Source: Octopus vulgaris (lineage: Eukaryota). From it: 64,000 nt of DNA. The stretch spans positions 36,766,001-36,830,000 of the forward strand of contig OX597832.1 in the NCBI GenBank assembly GCA_951406725.2. The letters are read 5' to 3'. The position numbers and the translations under genes were made by a program. Within the stretch, counting starts at the first letter, position 1. Each line of letters opens with the position of its first letter. The notes under the pieces were generated by a model. It was not told the origin of the DNA, ran no database searches, and saw only the letters and a program-made list of their open reading frames with translations. This document shows, one piece after another, positions 38,913 through 51,600 of the stretch.

Positions 38913-39250
38913 ATGGCTCAATGGTTAAAGTGTTTGGCTCACAATCATAAGGTACTGAATTTGATTCCTGGACCAGGCTGTGTGTTGTGTTCTTGAGCAA
39001 GACACTTTATTTCATGTTGCTCCAGTTCACTCATCTGTAGAAATGAGTTGTAATGTCATTGGTGCCAAGCTGTAATGACTCTTGCCTTTCCCTTGGATAA
39101 CATCGGTGACATGGAGAGAAGTGAGTCTGGCATGCATGGGTGACTGCTGCTCTTCCATAAACAGCTTTGCCCAGACTTGTGCCTCGGAGGGTAACTTTCT
39201 AGGTGCAATCCCATGGTCATTCATGACCGAAGGGGGTCTTCGCCCTTTAC
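38913..39250 (+). mobile_element. tRNA-derived CORE-like SINE (family of 2668)
   Basis: A-box tggctcaatgg, CORE-like block and tail cccatggtcattcatgaccgaagggggtc; flanked by similar gttaattat(a/g)atactgaccta sequences. Confidence 0.8.
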
Positions 39251-39533
39251 ATAGTTAATTATGATACTGACCTAACGCATAGTTAAGCCTAAAACTATAA
39301 TAAAGCTACTCCACACTCAGAATAGTCTTGTAACCCTTTTGCTATTATATTTCTTTTGAAAATATTAAAGAATTTATTAAAATATCTGTGTCACTATTTA
39401 GCTGGTGGTGGGAACAAAAATTAGCATGAAATTTTGGTGGAAGGTTTTAAGATCATTTTAAAATTGGGATTTTGTTTCATAGAGGCAGGGTTTGTTTCAG
39501 CTAGGTTGGTATCAAAAGGGTTAATGGTATATT

Positions 39534-39564
<31 letters not shown>

Positions 39565-39624
39565 GTCAGATAACACACACACACGCATAAATATACTTAC
39601 ATGTGTATGTACAATCTAACTGTG

Positions 39625-39935
39625 AAGGCACGTAGCTTAGTAGTTAAGGTATTCGACTCGTGATCATTACATCATGAGTTCAATTCCCTACAGCACACTG
39701 TGTCCTTGAGCAACACACTTTATTTCATGTTGCTCCAGTTCACTCAGCTGGCAAAAATTAGTTGTACCTGTGCTTCAAAAGGGGCCAGCATTGTCACATC
39801 CCGTGTCATGCTGGATCTCCTTCAGAACTACATTAAGGGTTCACCTGTCTGTGGAGTGTTCAGCTACTTTCACATTCATTCCATAAGCAGGCTGTTCTGT
39901 TCATCGGATCAACTGGATCCCCCATCACAACCAAG
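39625..39935 (+). mobile_element. tRNA-derived SINE with CORE-like head and the 3' body of the 7369 SINE
   Basis: gtccttgagcaacacactttatttcatgttgctccagttcactcagctg followed by gttgtacctg...aagggt...tgtctgtggagtg...gcaggctgtt...cggatcaac. Confidence 0.8.
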
Positions 39936-40980
39936 TGTACCAGTTTTTACAGTATATAACCTATCTCTCCAGCTCCCTACCTCTCCATCTTTCTCTGTCT
40001 ATCTTCTTATGTCTTTCTATCTTTCTTGTCTATCTCTCTATATATTCATCTGTCTCACCATCTATCTATCTAGCCATCCATCTCTCTGTCTTTCCCTCCA
40101 TCCATCCATCTCCCTCTCCATCTTTGTCTATCTGTCATTCCATTTATCTTGGTTATCTATCTACCTATTCATCTATCTCTCTTTCAATCTACTCATCTGT
40201 CTATCTATACATCCATTTATTCTTCTCTCTCTCTCTCTCTATCTATCTATACAGGGATTTTAGACATGATGAATATCCACTTTAGTTATATTTGATTATC
40301 GAAATTACCTCAATGGTTATTTACATATCATAGGATGTCTGATCTGTTCTCTTAAATGTTCTCTATGATAAAATATAAATGAATGAAAATATATATATGT
40401 ATATATATATATATACAGAGAGGGAGAGAGAGAAAAAATAAAAGCAAAAGCCATTTTTTCTTTGTTGTCTGCTTAGAAGAAGCAGTATTGGTAAGAATAC
40501 ATTAATCGTGATTTACCTAAATTCTGTCTAGTTCTTTGATAAACCATTCCAGTATTAAGGAGGCAACGAGGTATCATAGAGATTTAGTGGAGCATAATAG
40601 CTTTCACTTTAAGGATGTGATATTATTGAAGGAGTAATAGATTTCACATTACAACAGAATAACAAAGTCAGACGTCTGCATGTGTGTGTCTGTGTATCTG
40701 TGTATGTACAGACATACACACACGGACAAACACACTTCTACATACTCATGTCTGGAAGCTCACTCATTTACGCACATGCAAACATTCTCTCGTTTTACAT
40801 CCACACATCATCCCACCGCCCAACTTTCAGCTGTTCACACGCTTACGAATATCCTAACTACATACACACACATTTATATGCAATAAATTTATGTCAGTTT
40901 TATATCTATAGGCTATTAAAAAGAAAACAAAAAGAAACCATTACTAATATTATTATTATTAATGCTATTATTATTATTAT

Positions 40981-42125
40981 TAAGGCGGTGAGCTGGCAGA
41001 ATTGTTAGCATGCTGGGCGAAATGCTTTGCAGTATTTCGTCCGACCTTATGTTCTGAGTTCAAATGCTGCTGAGGTCAACTTCACCTTTCATCCTTTCAG
41101 GGTCAATTAAATAAGTACCAGTTACACACTGGGGTTGATGTAATCGACTTAATCCCTTCCCCCAAATATGAAGCCTTGGGCTTCCAGTATAAAGGATTGT
41201 TATTATTATTGAAGTGGTAAACTGGCAGAGGTGTTAGCACACTGGGCAGAATGCTTTACAGTATTTCGTCCGACCTTACATTCTGAGTTCAAATTCCACT
41301 GAGGTCGACTTTGCCTTTTATCCTTTTGCAGTTTATAAATTAAGTACCAGTGAAAAAATGGGGTCGATGTAATTGACTAGTCCCCTCCCCCAAATTTTAG
41401 GCCCTGTGATTTTAGTAGAAAGGACTACTACTACTACTACCACTATTATTATTATTATTAAGGCTACATCATTAACATGTCAGACAGAATGCTTGGCAGC
41501 ATTTTCAGCTATCTTTACATTCTGAATTCAAATTCTGCTGAGGCCAACTTTGCCATTCATACTTTTGGGGGTCAATAAAATAAGTACCATTTGAGCATTG
41601 GAGTGGGGGAGTGGGGGAGTCAATGTAATCAACTAGAATTATTATTATTATTATTAACAACAATAACAACAACAACAACAACAATAATAATAATAATAAT
41701 AATATGAAGGCAGTTCTCAGTTCAAATTCTGCTGAGGTCATCTTTGCCTTATTTAGGTTTGATAAAATATTTATCAACCAAGTACTTGGGTCAATATAAT
41801 TGACTTATCACCTCCCCTGAAATTGCTGGCTTTGTGCCAAAATTTGAAATCATTTTGTAGAAAGAATTATTATTATTATTATTATTATTAGTAGTAGTAG
41901 TAGTAGTAGTAGTAGTTTTAAAGTGGTGAGCTGGCAGAATTCTTCGTACATTGAACAATGTGCTTAACAGCATTTCTTCTGTGTTTACATTCCGAGATCA
42001 AAGGGTTTTTTTTACTTTTCATTTTTCGGGGTCTATAAAATACATACAAGTTGAGTACTGGGGTTGATGTAATCAACTATACTCTTCCCCCCAAATATCA
42101 GGCCTTGTGTCTATAGTAGAAAAGA
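40981..42125 (+). mobile_element. Head-to-tail array of about five Nin-domain-type SINEs
   Basis: Same roughly 210-bp unit separated by (ATT)n, (ACT)n, (AAC)n and (GTA)n tracts. Confidence 0.85.
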
Positions 42126-42149
42126 TGATTATTATAATTATTCTTATTC

Positions 42150-42630
42150 CTTCATTTACACAGTGGTCATCTGGTTAACAGTGGATCATTTAACTGACTC
42201 CATATCACGTCTACCTCAGGTAGACAGTACTTTCCACAGAATATTTGCCGTTCCCAAAAGCATGGTCTTTTGCAGTGCCTTAATGGTGCAACAGATTCCA
42301 TGCTCCAATCACAATTGGTCCCACTGGCATTTCACAGTTTGATTTTCTAGGTCCTTCTCAAGTTTGTGTTAATAACATTTTTCAGTGGTTGGGAACCCAT
42401 ATTTCTTGCATAAAGACCAGTTGGGGTGCAAACACACTACCATGATGCCTTTTATACCCTCTCTGCGCAAGCATGTCTCAGGCTCCCATGATATGTGTTG
42501 GACTTTCTAACTTCTTCCTACATAACCTACACTTACTTGTTTCATCTGGGTGACATATTCCTTTTTGAATTTGTGTTTGGTGCTTGATCCTAAGCAGCTA
42601 CCAACAAACTTTCTGTCTCTTTCCTGAGAT
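42150..42630 (-). mobile_element. R4/Dong-like non-LTR retrotransposon remnant
   Basis: Minus-strand fragments LRKETESLLVAA*DQA, WSLCKKYG and VGPIVIGA resemble the ETExxxxAAQDQ, HWxLCKKY and PIVIGALG motifs. Confidence 0.6.
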
Positions 42631-42715
42631 CATCTTTTGTCAATCAATTCCATGAATATTTCGTTTTTGGATTTGGTTTGCAAGATTCTTTATATGAGTT
42701 CATGTGTTGAAGCAT

Positions 42716-42947
42716 ATTCTGTTGTGTCTTGGGGAGAGTCATTTTCTTTTTGTGCCTTACTGGTAAAATTTCCACTTATTTCTTATTTTCGTTGTGTCTT
42801 GCAACCTTTTCAATAATCTTGAGAGTTAAGACTATTAAAAAGGTTGAAAGATGCAACGAAAATAAGAAATATGTGGAATTTTTACCGGTGAGTGTGTTAA
42901 ATAATAAGGCACAAAAGGAAAATAACTCTCCCCAGACACAACAGAAT
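42716..42947. repeat. Imperfect fold-back, about 110-bp arms; half copy at 49103-49216
   Basis: attctgttgtgtcttggggagagtcattttctttttgtgcctta versus taaggcacaaaaggaaaataactctccccagacacaacagaat. Confidence 0.85.
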
Positions 42948-43940
42948 TCCAAGAATATTCTCCTTTTACTTTGTCTTTAGAATTGAACATGTGATTCCAT
43001 ACCCTCCCCCTTCATGTTCAGTTTCTCAGCCAAAAGCCTCTGTTTCTAATTTTCTTTACTTTCTATACTTCCAGTGCAGAAGCCTCTGCTTTTAGCAAAA
43101 TGCTATTATTATCATTTGCAATGATATTGCATATTAACCAAGCAGTTCTGTGGAAATCAGTTTATTAATTCTAACATTATTTCTGTTCTAAGAACTGATG
43201 TAATCTTATAATTACTTCCATAATTGGTAGGACTCTCAGTATTAATGTTACTTATCAAATATACTTGCAGTTATCTCACCCCAATATTATTCTACTGCAG
43301 CACTTAAATATGTTTATTTAATTAATGGTAAATTTTGATAAGGTAAATTTTCAGGTATCTAGTTAGAATTATTGATGTAATTTGTTAATATTCTCTTCTT
43401 GCTATCTCATTAGTCTTTTTTAATTAAATATTATGATTGTTTACATTAACTATGTTCACTCCTACACAAGTTATGATTACCTACTTGGTAATTTCAGTAA
43501 GAACAGTGAAGCAGAGGAGGTTTAAGAAGATTGAAGCATAACTAGAGTTGTCTCCCATATTTGCTAAACTGCTAAATATTAGATATTGAATTAAAATTCA
43601 TTTCTTCTATCTGTAATCAGTATTTATAATTAGATAATTGATGCTCAGCATTAAATATGTTCACCTCCAACTTAACTCTGGATTTTCATACTGATGGCCT
43701 CTCTGAGTAATTTATCTCGGTAATCTGTAAATATGTTTTACATTTTCGTATTACTAATAATTAACATGATAAACTGTTTCAATTAAATTTCAATGTAACC
43801 AATCTTTTATGATGGAATCTAGTAAAAATGTATTTAACTTTATATACTGGAGTGTGTTATATAGTTAAGTGATGGTGGTGGTATGTGTGCGTGTGCATGT
43901 GTGTTGACCAACTGGTGTATGCGTGTATATATATATATAT

Positions 43941-44137
43941 AAAATGGGGAAAGCTGGTTTATGGGATTACCTTAAGTTTCCCATCCATAAAGTGTTTAGT
44001 TTTATTGCATATCATCAGATCCCAAGAGGTTGGCCCAAGAGGTTTTTGGGATCTGACGATTAGCCATAAAGCTAAACCATTTATGGATGGTTTATGGAAA
44101 CCTAAGGTAATCCCCATAAGCCGGCCTTCCCCATTTT
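43941..44137. repeat. Imperfect fold-back, about 95-bp arms, next to (TA)n
   Basis: aaaatggggaaagctggtttatgggattacctta versus taaggtaatccccataagccggccttccccatttt; inner stem tcagatcccaa/ttgggatctga. Confidence 0.85.
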
Positions 44138-44217
44138 GAATATATACTACTCTTCATCTTAGGGTGTGCTTCTTCTTTCGGATTTATGTTTTTAACAAAC
44201 GGTATATATATATATGT

Positions 44218-44560
44218 ATCATCATCATCATTTAACGTCCACTTTCCATGCTTGCATGGGTTGGACGATTTGATTGAGGTCTGGTGAACCAGACTCCAAT
44301 CTGATCTGGCAGTGTTTCTACAGCTGGATGCCCTTCCTAACGCCAACCACTCCGAGAGTGTAGTGGGTGCTTTTACGTGCCACCGGCACAAGGGCCAGTG
44401 AGGTGGTACTGGCACATCACCATCATCACCTAATGTCCATTGTCCATACTGGCTTGAGTTGAACGGTTTGACTGCCAGTTGCATGACACTGGGATCTGTT
44501 TACGTGCCACTGGCACAGGTGCCAATTTGCGTGACACTGGTATCTACCATGACTGCAATT
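44218..44560 (-). mobile_element. SINE with RTE-type tail, antisense, partly duplicated
   Basis: (CAT)n then ttaacgtccactttccatgcttgcatgggttggacg...ggatgcccttcctaacgccaaccact. Confidence 0.75.
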
Positions 44561-44579
44561 TTGCTCAGCTTGATAGATC

Positions 44580-44915
44580 ATTATGTTGGTGTTGATTAAT
44601 TGGTGGATATATTATGTAGGTAGTGACCAGTTGGTGTTGACCATTTGGTGCATATATCAGTATTGACCAAATAGTGTTTTATGCTGTTGTGGACCAGCTA
44701 TTGAATACATTATGTTGCTATTGACCAGCTGGTAAATGTTATGCTGGTATTGACCAAGTGGTATATATATTATGTTGATGTTGACCAGGTAGTGTATTTA
44801 TTATATTCATATTGACTAACTAGTATATATATTTTATTTATATTGACCAACAGTTGTATATATTGTCTATTCTGACTATCCAGTATATATATTATGGTGG
44901 TGCTGAACTGCTGTT
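44580..44915. repeat. Degenerate minisatellite, about 31-nt unit (ttatgttggtgttgaccagttggtatata-like)
   Basis: Recurring ttgacca motif at about 31-nt spacing. Confidence 0.65.
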
Positions 44916-45116
44916 ATATATATATATATAATGTAATATAATATAATATAATATTACACATCTTCCAGTGTTGACTCTACTCTTTTCTATTAAATTCTTC
45001 CCGTTATACACTTCTAAATGCATTACAGATGTATAAGAATAATTATTTACCTCTGTTTTTCTCCAAATTCTTTAGGAACATCTAAAATCTGACACCTGTC
45101 TCTCTCTTCTTTTCAG

Positions 45117-45253
45117 GTTTGGGCTTTAGCATTGCTGGAGGTGTGGGCAATGAACACATTCCAAATGACCACGGTATATTTGTAACCAAAATAATAGATG
45201 GTGGGGCTGCTGAACAAGATGGCCGTCTGCAAGTTGGTGACCGTTTGCTGTCG
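45117..45253 (+). CDS. dlg1: DLG coding exon, PDZ2 N-terminal part
   Basis: ttttcag|GTTTGGGC acceptor and CTGTCG|gttagt donor; 137 nt, phase 1 to 0; (G)[45 protein letters not shown]. Confidence 0.96.
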
Positions 45254-46233
45254 GTTAGTATTTGTTCACCTTTAATCTTTGAACTGTTCTCGTTTGGTTC
45301 CTGTAGGTTGGTGATAGAATTCAGTAATGAATCCAGTATGTTTTATGCTCGTTTGTTGGCATGTAGGGCTGCTGACAGTGGTCAACGTATCATGTACAGC
45401 TGTTGAGTTGACAGTATTTGTCAACAACCAACAGGTTGATCGCTGTTCAGCTGAGTTAGTAAAAGTTGTCACCTTTCAGCTAATAACTGACGGCTGTCAC
45501 TTATTGACATATTGACAGTAAATAAATGACAGTCTGGTCTTGGACAGTGACGTTGACTTGTCAGTAATTAAATGTCAATAGTAAAGTTCATAGGTGTCTG
45601 TTAATGAATGACTGGCTCACATCTGTCAATGTTAGCTAAGTGATGTTATCTACTGCAGTCATCAATTTTTAATAGATCAGCACACCTTGAGCAGTAATAA
45701 GATCCATATGGCTTCCTGAAAGTCTCTTATTTTCAAATAAAAAAATAAACACTTCATTTATGCCTAACTGCATGCACACACACACACACGTCTTTTTTTG
45801 TTTTTTCATTTTTGATGGTCCATTAGAAAAAGTAGGTGTGTATGTGTGTGGAGCCTTAGTTCTCTTTAAAAAAAAATCCTCCTGTCTTCAAAATGGTTAT
45901 GGATTCCACATGTAGCATTATCTTGTTCATACAAGGCAGCAAAAAAATATATTGGGTTGGTCAGACCTGAAACAGTATCTACATCAACAAACATCTTCCA
46001 ATTCTGTTGTTGTTCCATGTTTCATTGTCTGAAAGTATTTAGTTTTGATCTTGTGTATTGTCCCCTGCTGACCACATGCAATACATCATGTTATTAAAAG
46101 AGGTGTGCAGAAGACATGGATTTTTTTTATTTCTGCTAAATTGCATGTTGTAATGTCAGAAATTCAGTTTTAATGAAACTCCTTGTTAACTTTTGGACTT
46201 ATTTGAGGTTCTTGGTCTTTCTGTTTTTTAAAG

Positions 46234-46378
46234 GTGAACTATGAGGATTTGGACAACGTGACACATGAAGAAGCAGTTGCAGCTCTCAAAGCGACGTCAG
46301 ATGTTGTGAAGTTAGTGGTTGCCAAATCCTCGTACATACACGATTCTGTACCTCTTGATGCTCCTTCGCCAAGCCAAA
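46234..46378 (+). CDS. dlg1: DLG coding exon, PDZ2 C-terminal part and start of linker
   Basis: ttttttaaag|GTGAAC acceptor and CAAA|gtaaga donor; 145 nt, phase 0 to 1; VNYEDLDNVTHEEAVAALKATSDVVKLVVAKSSYIHDSVPLDAPSPSQ (THEEAVAALK is typical of DLG PDZ2). Confidence 0.95.
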
Positions 46379-46540
46379 GTAAGAATTTTGCTCTTCTCCT
46401 TAACACTTTGCTTTTCTGTTGTTCAGATGGTTTGTGACAGTAGTGGTGGTCATACTGATTGTATTTGTCGGTCAGTTTTTGATCTGTGACAGTTTTTTGT
46501 ATAGTTAGTTATTTGTTGTTGTTGTTAATATTATTGTTAT

Positions 46541-46758
46541 TAAGGCAGGAAGCTGGCAGAATCGTTAGCATGCCGGGCAAAATGTTTAGCAGTATTTTGT
46601 CCATCTTCACATTCTGAGTTCAAATTCTGCTGAGGTCAACTTTGCCTTTCATCCTTTTCGGGTTGATAAATTAAGTACCAGTTGAGTACTGGGGTTGATG
46701 TGATCAACTGTCCCCCTCCCCACAAAATCCAGGCCGTGTGCCTACAGTAGAAAGGATC

Positions 46759-46802
<44 letters not shown>

Positions 46803-47378
46803 GGCATGAGCTGACAGAATTGTTAGCATGCTGGTCCAAATGCTTAGTAGGATTTTGTCCATCTTTACATTCTGAGCTCAAATTCTGCTGAGGTTGGCTT
46901 TGTCTTTCATCCTTTCAGGGTTGATGTAATCAACTTACCTCCTTCCCTCAGACTTGCTGGCTTTGTGCCACAATATGAAATCATTATTAAGGTGGAAAGC
47001 TGGCACAATCATTAGCAAGTCAAACAAAATGCTTCTCAGCATTTCTCTCACTTCTATGCTCAGATTTTGTCAGGGTCAACTTTACCTTTCATCTTTTCAG
47101 GGTTGATAAAATAAGTACTAGTTAAGCTTTGGGGTTGATGTAATCAACTGTCCCATTCCCCACAAAATTGCAGGCTTTGTGCCTATAGTAGAAAGGATTA
47201 TTATTATTAAGGTGGCAAACTAGCAGAATCCTTAGCCAGTCTGACAAAATGCTTAGTGGCATTTATTCTGGCTTTTTACGGTTTAAGCTCAAATCTTGCT
47301 AAAGTCATCTTTGCTTTTTGTCCTTTTGGGGTCAATAGAATGAAGTACCAGTGAAGTACTGGGATTGATGTAATCGAA
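46541..47378 (+). mobile_element. Head-to-tail array of four Nin-domain-type SINEs just downstream of the 46234 exon
   Basis: Units start at about 46541, 46800, 46988 and 47208, each after (ATT)n. Confidence 0.85.
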
Positions 47379-47684
47379 ATGACAAGAATGCTGACAGGAG
47401 TACTGTAAACCATGAAACATTCTGCAGTTTTATAGTACCCACACTAATGTAACATAACTAGTAAATACTGTATTTGATGGCTTATGAGACATACTTTTTC
47501 CATCCAAAAATGACTTAAAAAATCACTCCAGGCCCTATATGAGAAATTGAACCACCCATAAGTTTTAATGCACTAAAAACCTTTCTCCTGAATATGCTCT
47601 TCTGAAATTGGAAAGCATGAAATATGCCTGTGCATCATTCATGCCATGAAAAAAGAAGAAACTGGCGCTTGATTATGATGATGA

Positions 47685-47962
47685 GGTTTGCAGTTGATCC
47701 AATCAACAGAACAACCTGCTCATGGAATTAGTGTGCAGGTGGCTGAGCACTCCACAGACACATGTACCTTTAACATAGTTCTCAGGGAGGTTCAGCATGA
47801 ATTTGATAAGGCTGGCCCTTTGAAATAGAGGTACTACTCATTATTTCCAGGTGAGTGGAGCAACGTGGAGTAAAGTGACTTGCTCAAGGACACAATGCAC
47901 TGCTGGTAATCAAACTCACAACCTTCCAATCATGAGCCGAATACCCTAACCACTAAGCCTCC
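47685..47962 (-). mobile_element. Antisense copy of the 39625-type SINE
   Basis: gttgatccaatcaac...ggctgagcactccacagacac...ggctggccctttgaaata...ttgctcaaggacaca...ccctaaccactaagc. Confidence 0.8.
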
Positions 47963-49480
47963 ACTGCCTATACTGTACACTATACAGCTGTGATTATATC
48001 TGGGCTATGATTGGAAGGCTTGATCTATAACAGTAAGGACTAAACTACAACTATACAAGTGCCACCTGCCCTACATTGTGCCACCTGCCCTACATCGTGC
48101 CACCTACTTAATTAAGGTGAGCTGGGCCTTTGAGAGATTAGTATTTTGCACGGTCAGTGAGATGTCCTTCAGCTACAAACCTCCGGTCACTTATCTGGAA
48201 CTCCAAATACTTATCTGCTGTATGTAGTATTTTGTCTTATTTACTCAGCACTTAATTGGGGGAAGGTATTGGAGTGTTGGACAAAATCCCTTGCAGTAAA
48301 TCCCACAAAAATCAACTTCGTATTTCCTTTCATCTTTTGGACGTCACTAAAATGAGTACCAGTCAAATACTGGGGGTCAGTGTGAGCAAGTAACCCCTTC
48401 CTTTAGGGTTGCTGATCTTGTAACTAAATTAGATATAATTATATTTGATGACGTGAAGTAAAATTGATTAGGAAAACCAAAAATGAAGCTACAGGTAAAC
48501 AGCGTAATCTGGATGTAATTTGTTAGGTATTGACACGATTTGAAGTCGTTACTAGTGAATTACTTTGTATTTTAAGAACACAATTTACTAATTAGAGGAA
48601 ATTATGTTAGAAATGTATTTTAACAGAAACTGGCGATTGTGGTCAAGGTGTTCCCCTCACGATCGCAGGTTTGATTCCCGGACAGGGCAATGCGTTGTGT
48701 TCATTGCACTGCGATCACATCGACATTTAACGTGCATCACACCGTGCACCTGTACGGGCAATCTGAATTTGATAGAGTAAACTAATATTCAGCACAAACA
48801 TTCGATTATTATAAACATAATCAGCTGTGAAGAGAGTTCGGCGAGGAAATTACATTCGCGGACTAAAATTCAAGGGAAGTAACTCTAAGCATGATTTATT
48901 TCCCTTACTTCGTTGGTGAAAGAAAAATTAACCAATTCAATTTTTTTTTCGTTCTTCCGTCATTTTGGCGAAAATGAATATATATTTTCTTTATCTTAAG
49001 CTTAGGCTTCTTTTTTCTTTTACTATTTATGTTAACTATCCGAATTCAAGGTAAGGAATGGCGGTTTAGAATATGTATGATATCTTTCGTTTTTACTTTC
49101 AACTGTTGTGTCTGGGGAGAGTGATTTTCTTTTTGTGCCTTATAATGTAACCGGTAAAATTTCCACTTATTTCTTATTTTCATTTTCTTAAAATTTTCGC
49201 AATCTTTTCAATAGTCCAGACTCTGTCCGTTATTTACACTGCATTCCTTTTTGTTTGTTTGTGCGCATGTGTGTGGGTCAGTGTGCGTGTGTGTGTGTGT
49301 GCCTATGCATGCATATACATATGTATGTATGTGTGTATGTATGTATGTATGCATGTCTATGTATGTATATATGTGTGTGTATGCATATATATATATGTAT
49401 GTAGGTGTGTGCATCAGTATGTATGTATCCTGCATATTCATGTGCGTGTTTGTGTATTTTCTATGTATGTGTGTATGTGT

Positions 49481-49648
49481 GTGAGCGTGTGTTTGTATAT
49501 GTATGCACCTCTGTCTCCTTGTGTGTGTGTGTGTGTGTGTGAGCGTGTGTTTGTATATGTATGCACCTCTGTCTCCTTGTGTGTGTGTGTGTGTGTATGT
49601 GTGTATGTGTGTGAGCGTGTGTTTGTATATGTATGCACCTCTGTCTCC

Positions 49649-49680
<32 letters not shown>
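49481..49680. repeat. Three tandem copies of a 40-nt core separated by variable (GT)n
   Basis: gtgagcgtgtgtttgtatatgtatgcacctctgtctcctt at 49481, 49539 and 49611. Confidence 0.9.
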
Positions 49681-49683
<3 letters not shown>

Positions 49684-49927
49684 GCAACTATGTACCATGT
49701 TTGTATGTATGGATGTGCATCTCTATATGTGTGGATGTCTGTTCTTATAACCTACGTACCTATCCGTCTGTACGTTGATCTGTTCATTTTCATATCCATA
49801 TGCTTACATACAAAATAAAAATGCATGTGCATACATACACACTCACACATACATACCTTTATCTACCTGACAGTCCACTAACTATTCTACTCTACCTGTG
49901 TAAACTGTGGGTATGGAGGTATGATAT

Positions 49928-50560
49928 TTATTGTGTATATTTCCTATTTAGTATTGGGGAGGTTTCAGTTATAAGGACATACTCCCGTATTTGTCTGAGT
50001 GTTGGGTCTTTTGGGTGCTTGGATAAGATGCGGATGTCAAGTTGACCCAAGTTACCTCCATGGTGGTCTTTGGCATGTTGGTAGAGTATGGAGGACTGTT
50101 TTCTGTCGTCATATTGTCTTAGATGTTCATTTATCCGTTCCACAATGCTCCTAGATGTCTCCCCTATGTACATCATGCTCATGTCCTTACAAGCACCTTA
50201 TATGCAAATTATGCTGTAAACTACATTTCGAGTTCTACAGTTAATGCCAGGGCTAATTCTACATACCATGCAGTTATCATTGGTGCATATGGTATTTTCA
50301 AAGGGGTACATCCTACATAGTTGTGATCTGACGAAGTTCCCTGGCTTTTCAACAATTTTAATGTTGATGTTAGTCTCCTTCAGAGCTTTTCTAAATCTAC
50401 AGGCTACTTCTCCATGGGCTGTGACCTCTTACAAACATCACTCCTTGATATTTGTCGGTTTTATACCACATGTTCGCCCTGTTTGCTTTGTCAGAAGTTC
50501 TTTGTATCCTATTCCATTCAACTTTCAACTGTGCTTTATACAAACATAACAAAAACAAAC
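49928..50560 (-). mobile_element. Penelope-like element remnant: Cys-rich linker and GIY-YIG endonuclease
   Basis: Minus strand CTNDNCMVC...NCRTRNVVYSIICI*GACKDMSMMYIGETSRSIVERINEH...LYQHAKDHH...RQIRE...PILN; in-frame stop present. Confidence 0.88.
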
Positions 50561-51159
50561 TAATCTTTCTTTTCTTTGGTCGCATATAATATGTGTGTGT
50601 AACATGACACTGAAGCATACACTGTATGTAAAAACGCTATTGTGTCATTGTGAGTATATGCCTGCCCTATCACTATGGTGGTGCACTGAACGGCACTACC
50701 CCCTCGTTGTTCAATGGTGCAGCTTCAGATTAACTCCACTTTAGCATTATTAAAAATAAGTGTCCTCCCAGAATATTCTGAAGCAAACCCTGCCCTGGCA
50801 CCAAAGTCTGGCAATGGGCCTGTGCTTATTTCACCTTTTCTAGGTCCTTCTCAACAAACAGGTGAGCAGTTGTACACACTGAAAGGGTTACTGCCACTTG
50901 AAGCACTGCTGAATTTAACCATCACTTTAGTTTGGAAAAGAAATGGTCAGTATCCTAAACCATCTTAGTACAGGTTTGCTGTTACATAGTTCCAGCTGGT
51001 CAAGCCTGTATGTCCCATTCCTCCCCTGTCCTCACAGAACTTTAAATGAATGTTTTCCTAGAAATACCTGTGCTTACATGTTTTCATGCACACTCTTTCT
51101 TTCACATACATAGGCATTTCTCTACACATGTACCAGATACGTGTATATGTGTGTATAGC

Positions 51160-51362
51160 TGTAGGTGTGGCAGTGTGGTAAGAAGCTTGCTTCCCAACCA
51201 CATAGTTTGGGGTTCAGTCTCAATGTATGGTATCTTGGGCAAGTGTCTTCTACTAAAGCCTTGGGCTGACCAAACCCTTGTGATTTGATAGACAGAAACT
51301 CAAAGAAGCTTGTATATATTTGTGTGTATATCATCATTATCGTGTGTGTGTGGTGCATATAC

Positions 51363-51394
<32 letters not shown>

Positions 51395-51600
51395 CTGTAT
51401 CTATGCATCTTTCCCCTCTTCATCACCAACCACCACTTGACAACCAGTGCCTGGTGTGTTTACATCCCTGTAACTTAGTGGTTCAGTGAAAGAGACTGAT
51501 AGAATAAGTACTGGTGTCGATGCATTTGACTAAAGATTCTTGAAGGCAGTGCCCCAGCATGGTCGCAGTCTAATAACTGAAACAAATAAAAAATAAAAGA
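51160..51600 (+). mobile_element. tRNA-derived CORE-like SINE (family of 13885) with internal microsatellite
   Basis: ggtgtggcagtgtggtaagaagcttgcttcccaaccac...cttgggcaagtgtcttctacta...gccccagcatggtcgcagtc; A-rich tail. Confidence 0.8.

Noticed and set aside
45247-45494. 11-bp pairing between the PDZ2 exon donor region and intronic taactgacggc
   Set aside because: Too short, with two G-U pairs, to distinguish from chance
49481-49680. Identical repeats with variable spacers, superficially like a CRISPR array
   Set aside because: Spacers are only (GT)n, the DNA is eukaryotic intron and no cas genes are present
49928-50182. GIY-YIG ORF as a possible nested nuclease gene
   Set aside because: An in-frame stop lies just upstream and the flanks are decayed, consistent with a dead Penelope fragment
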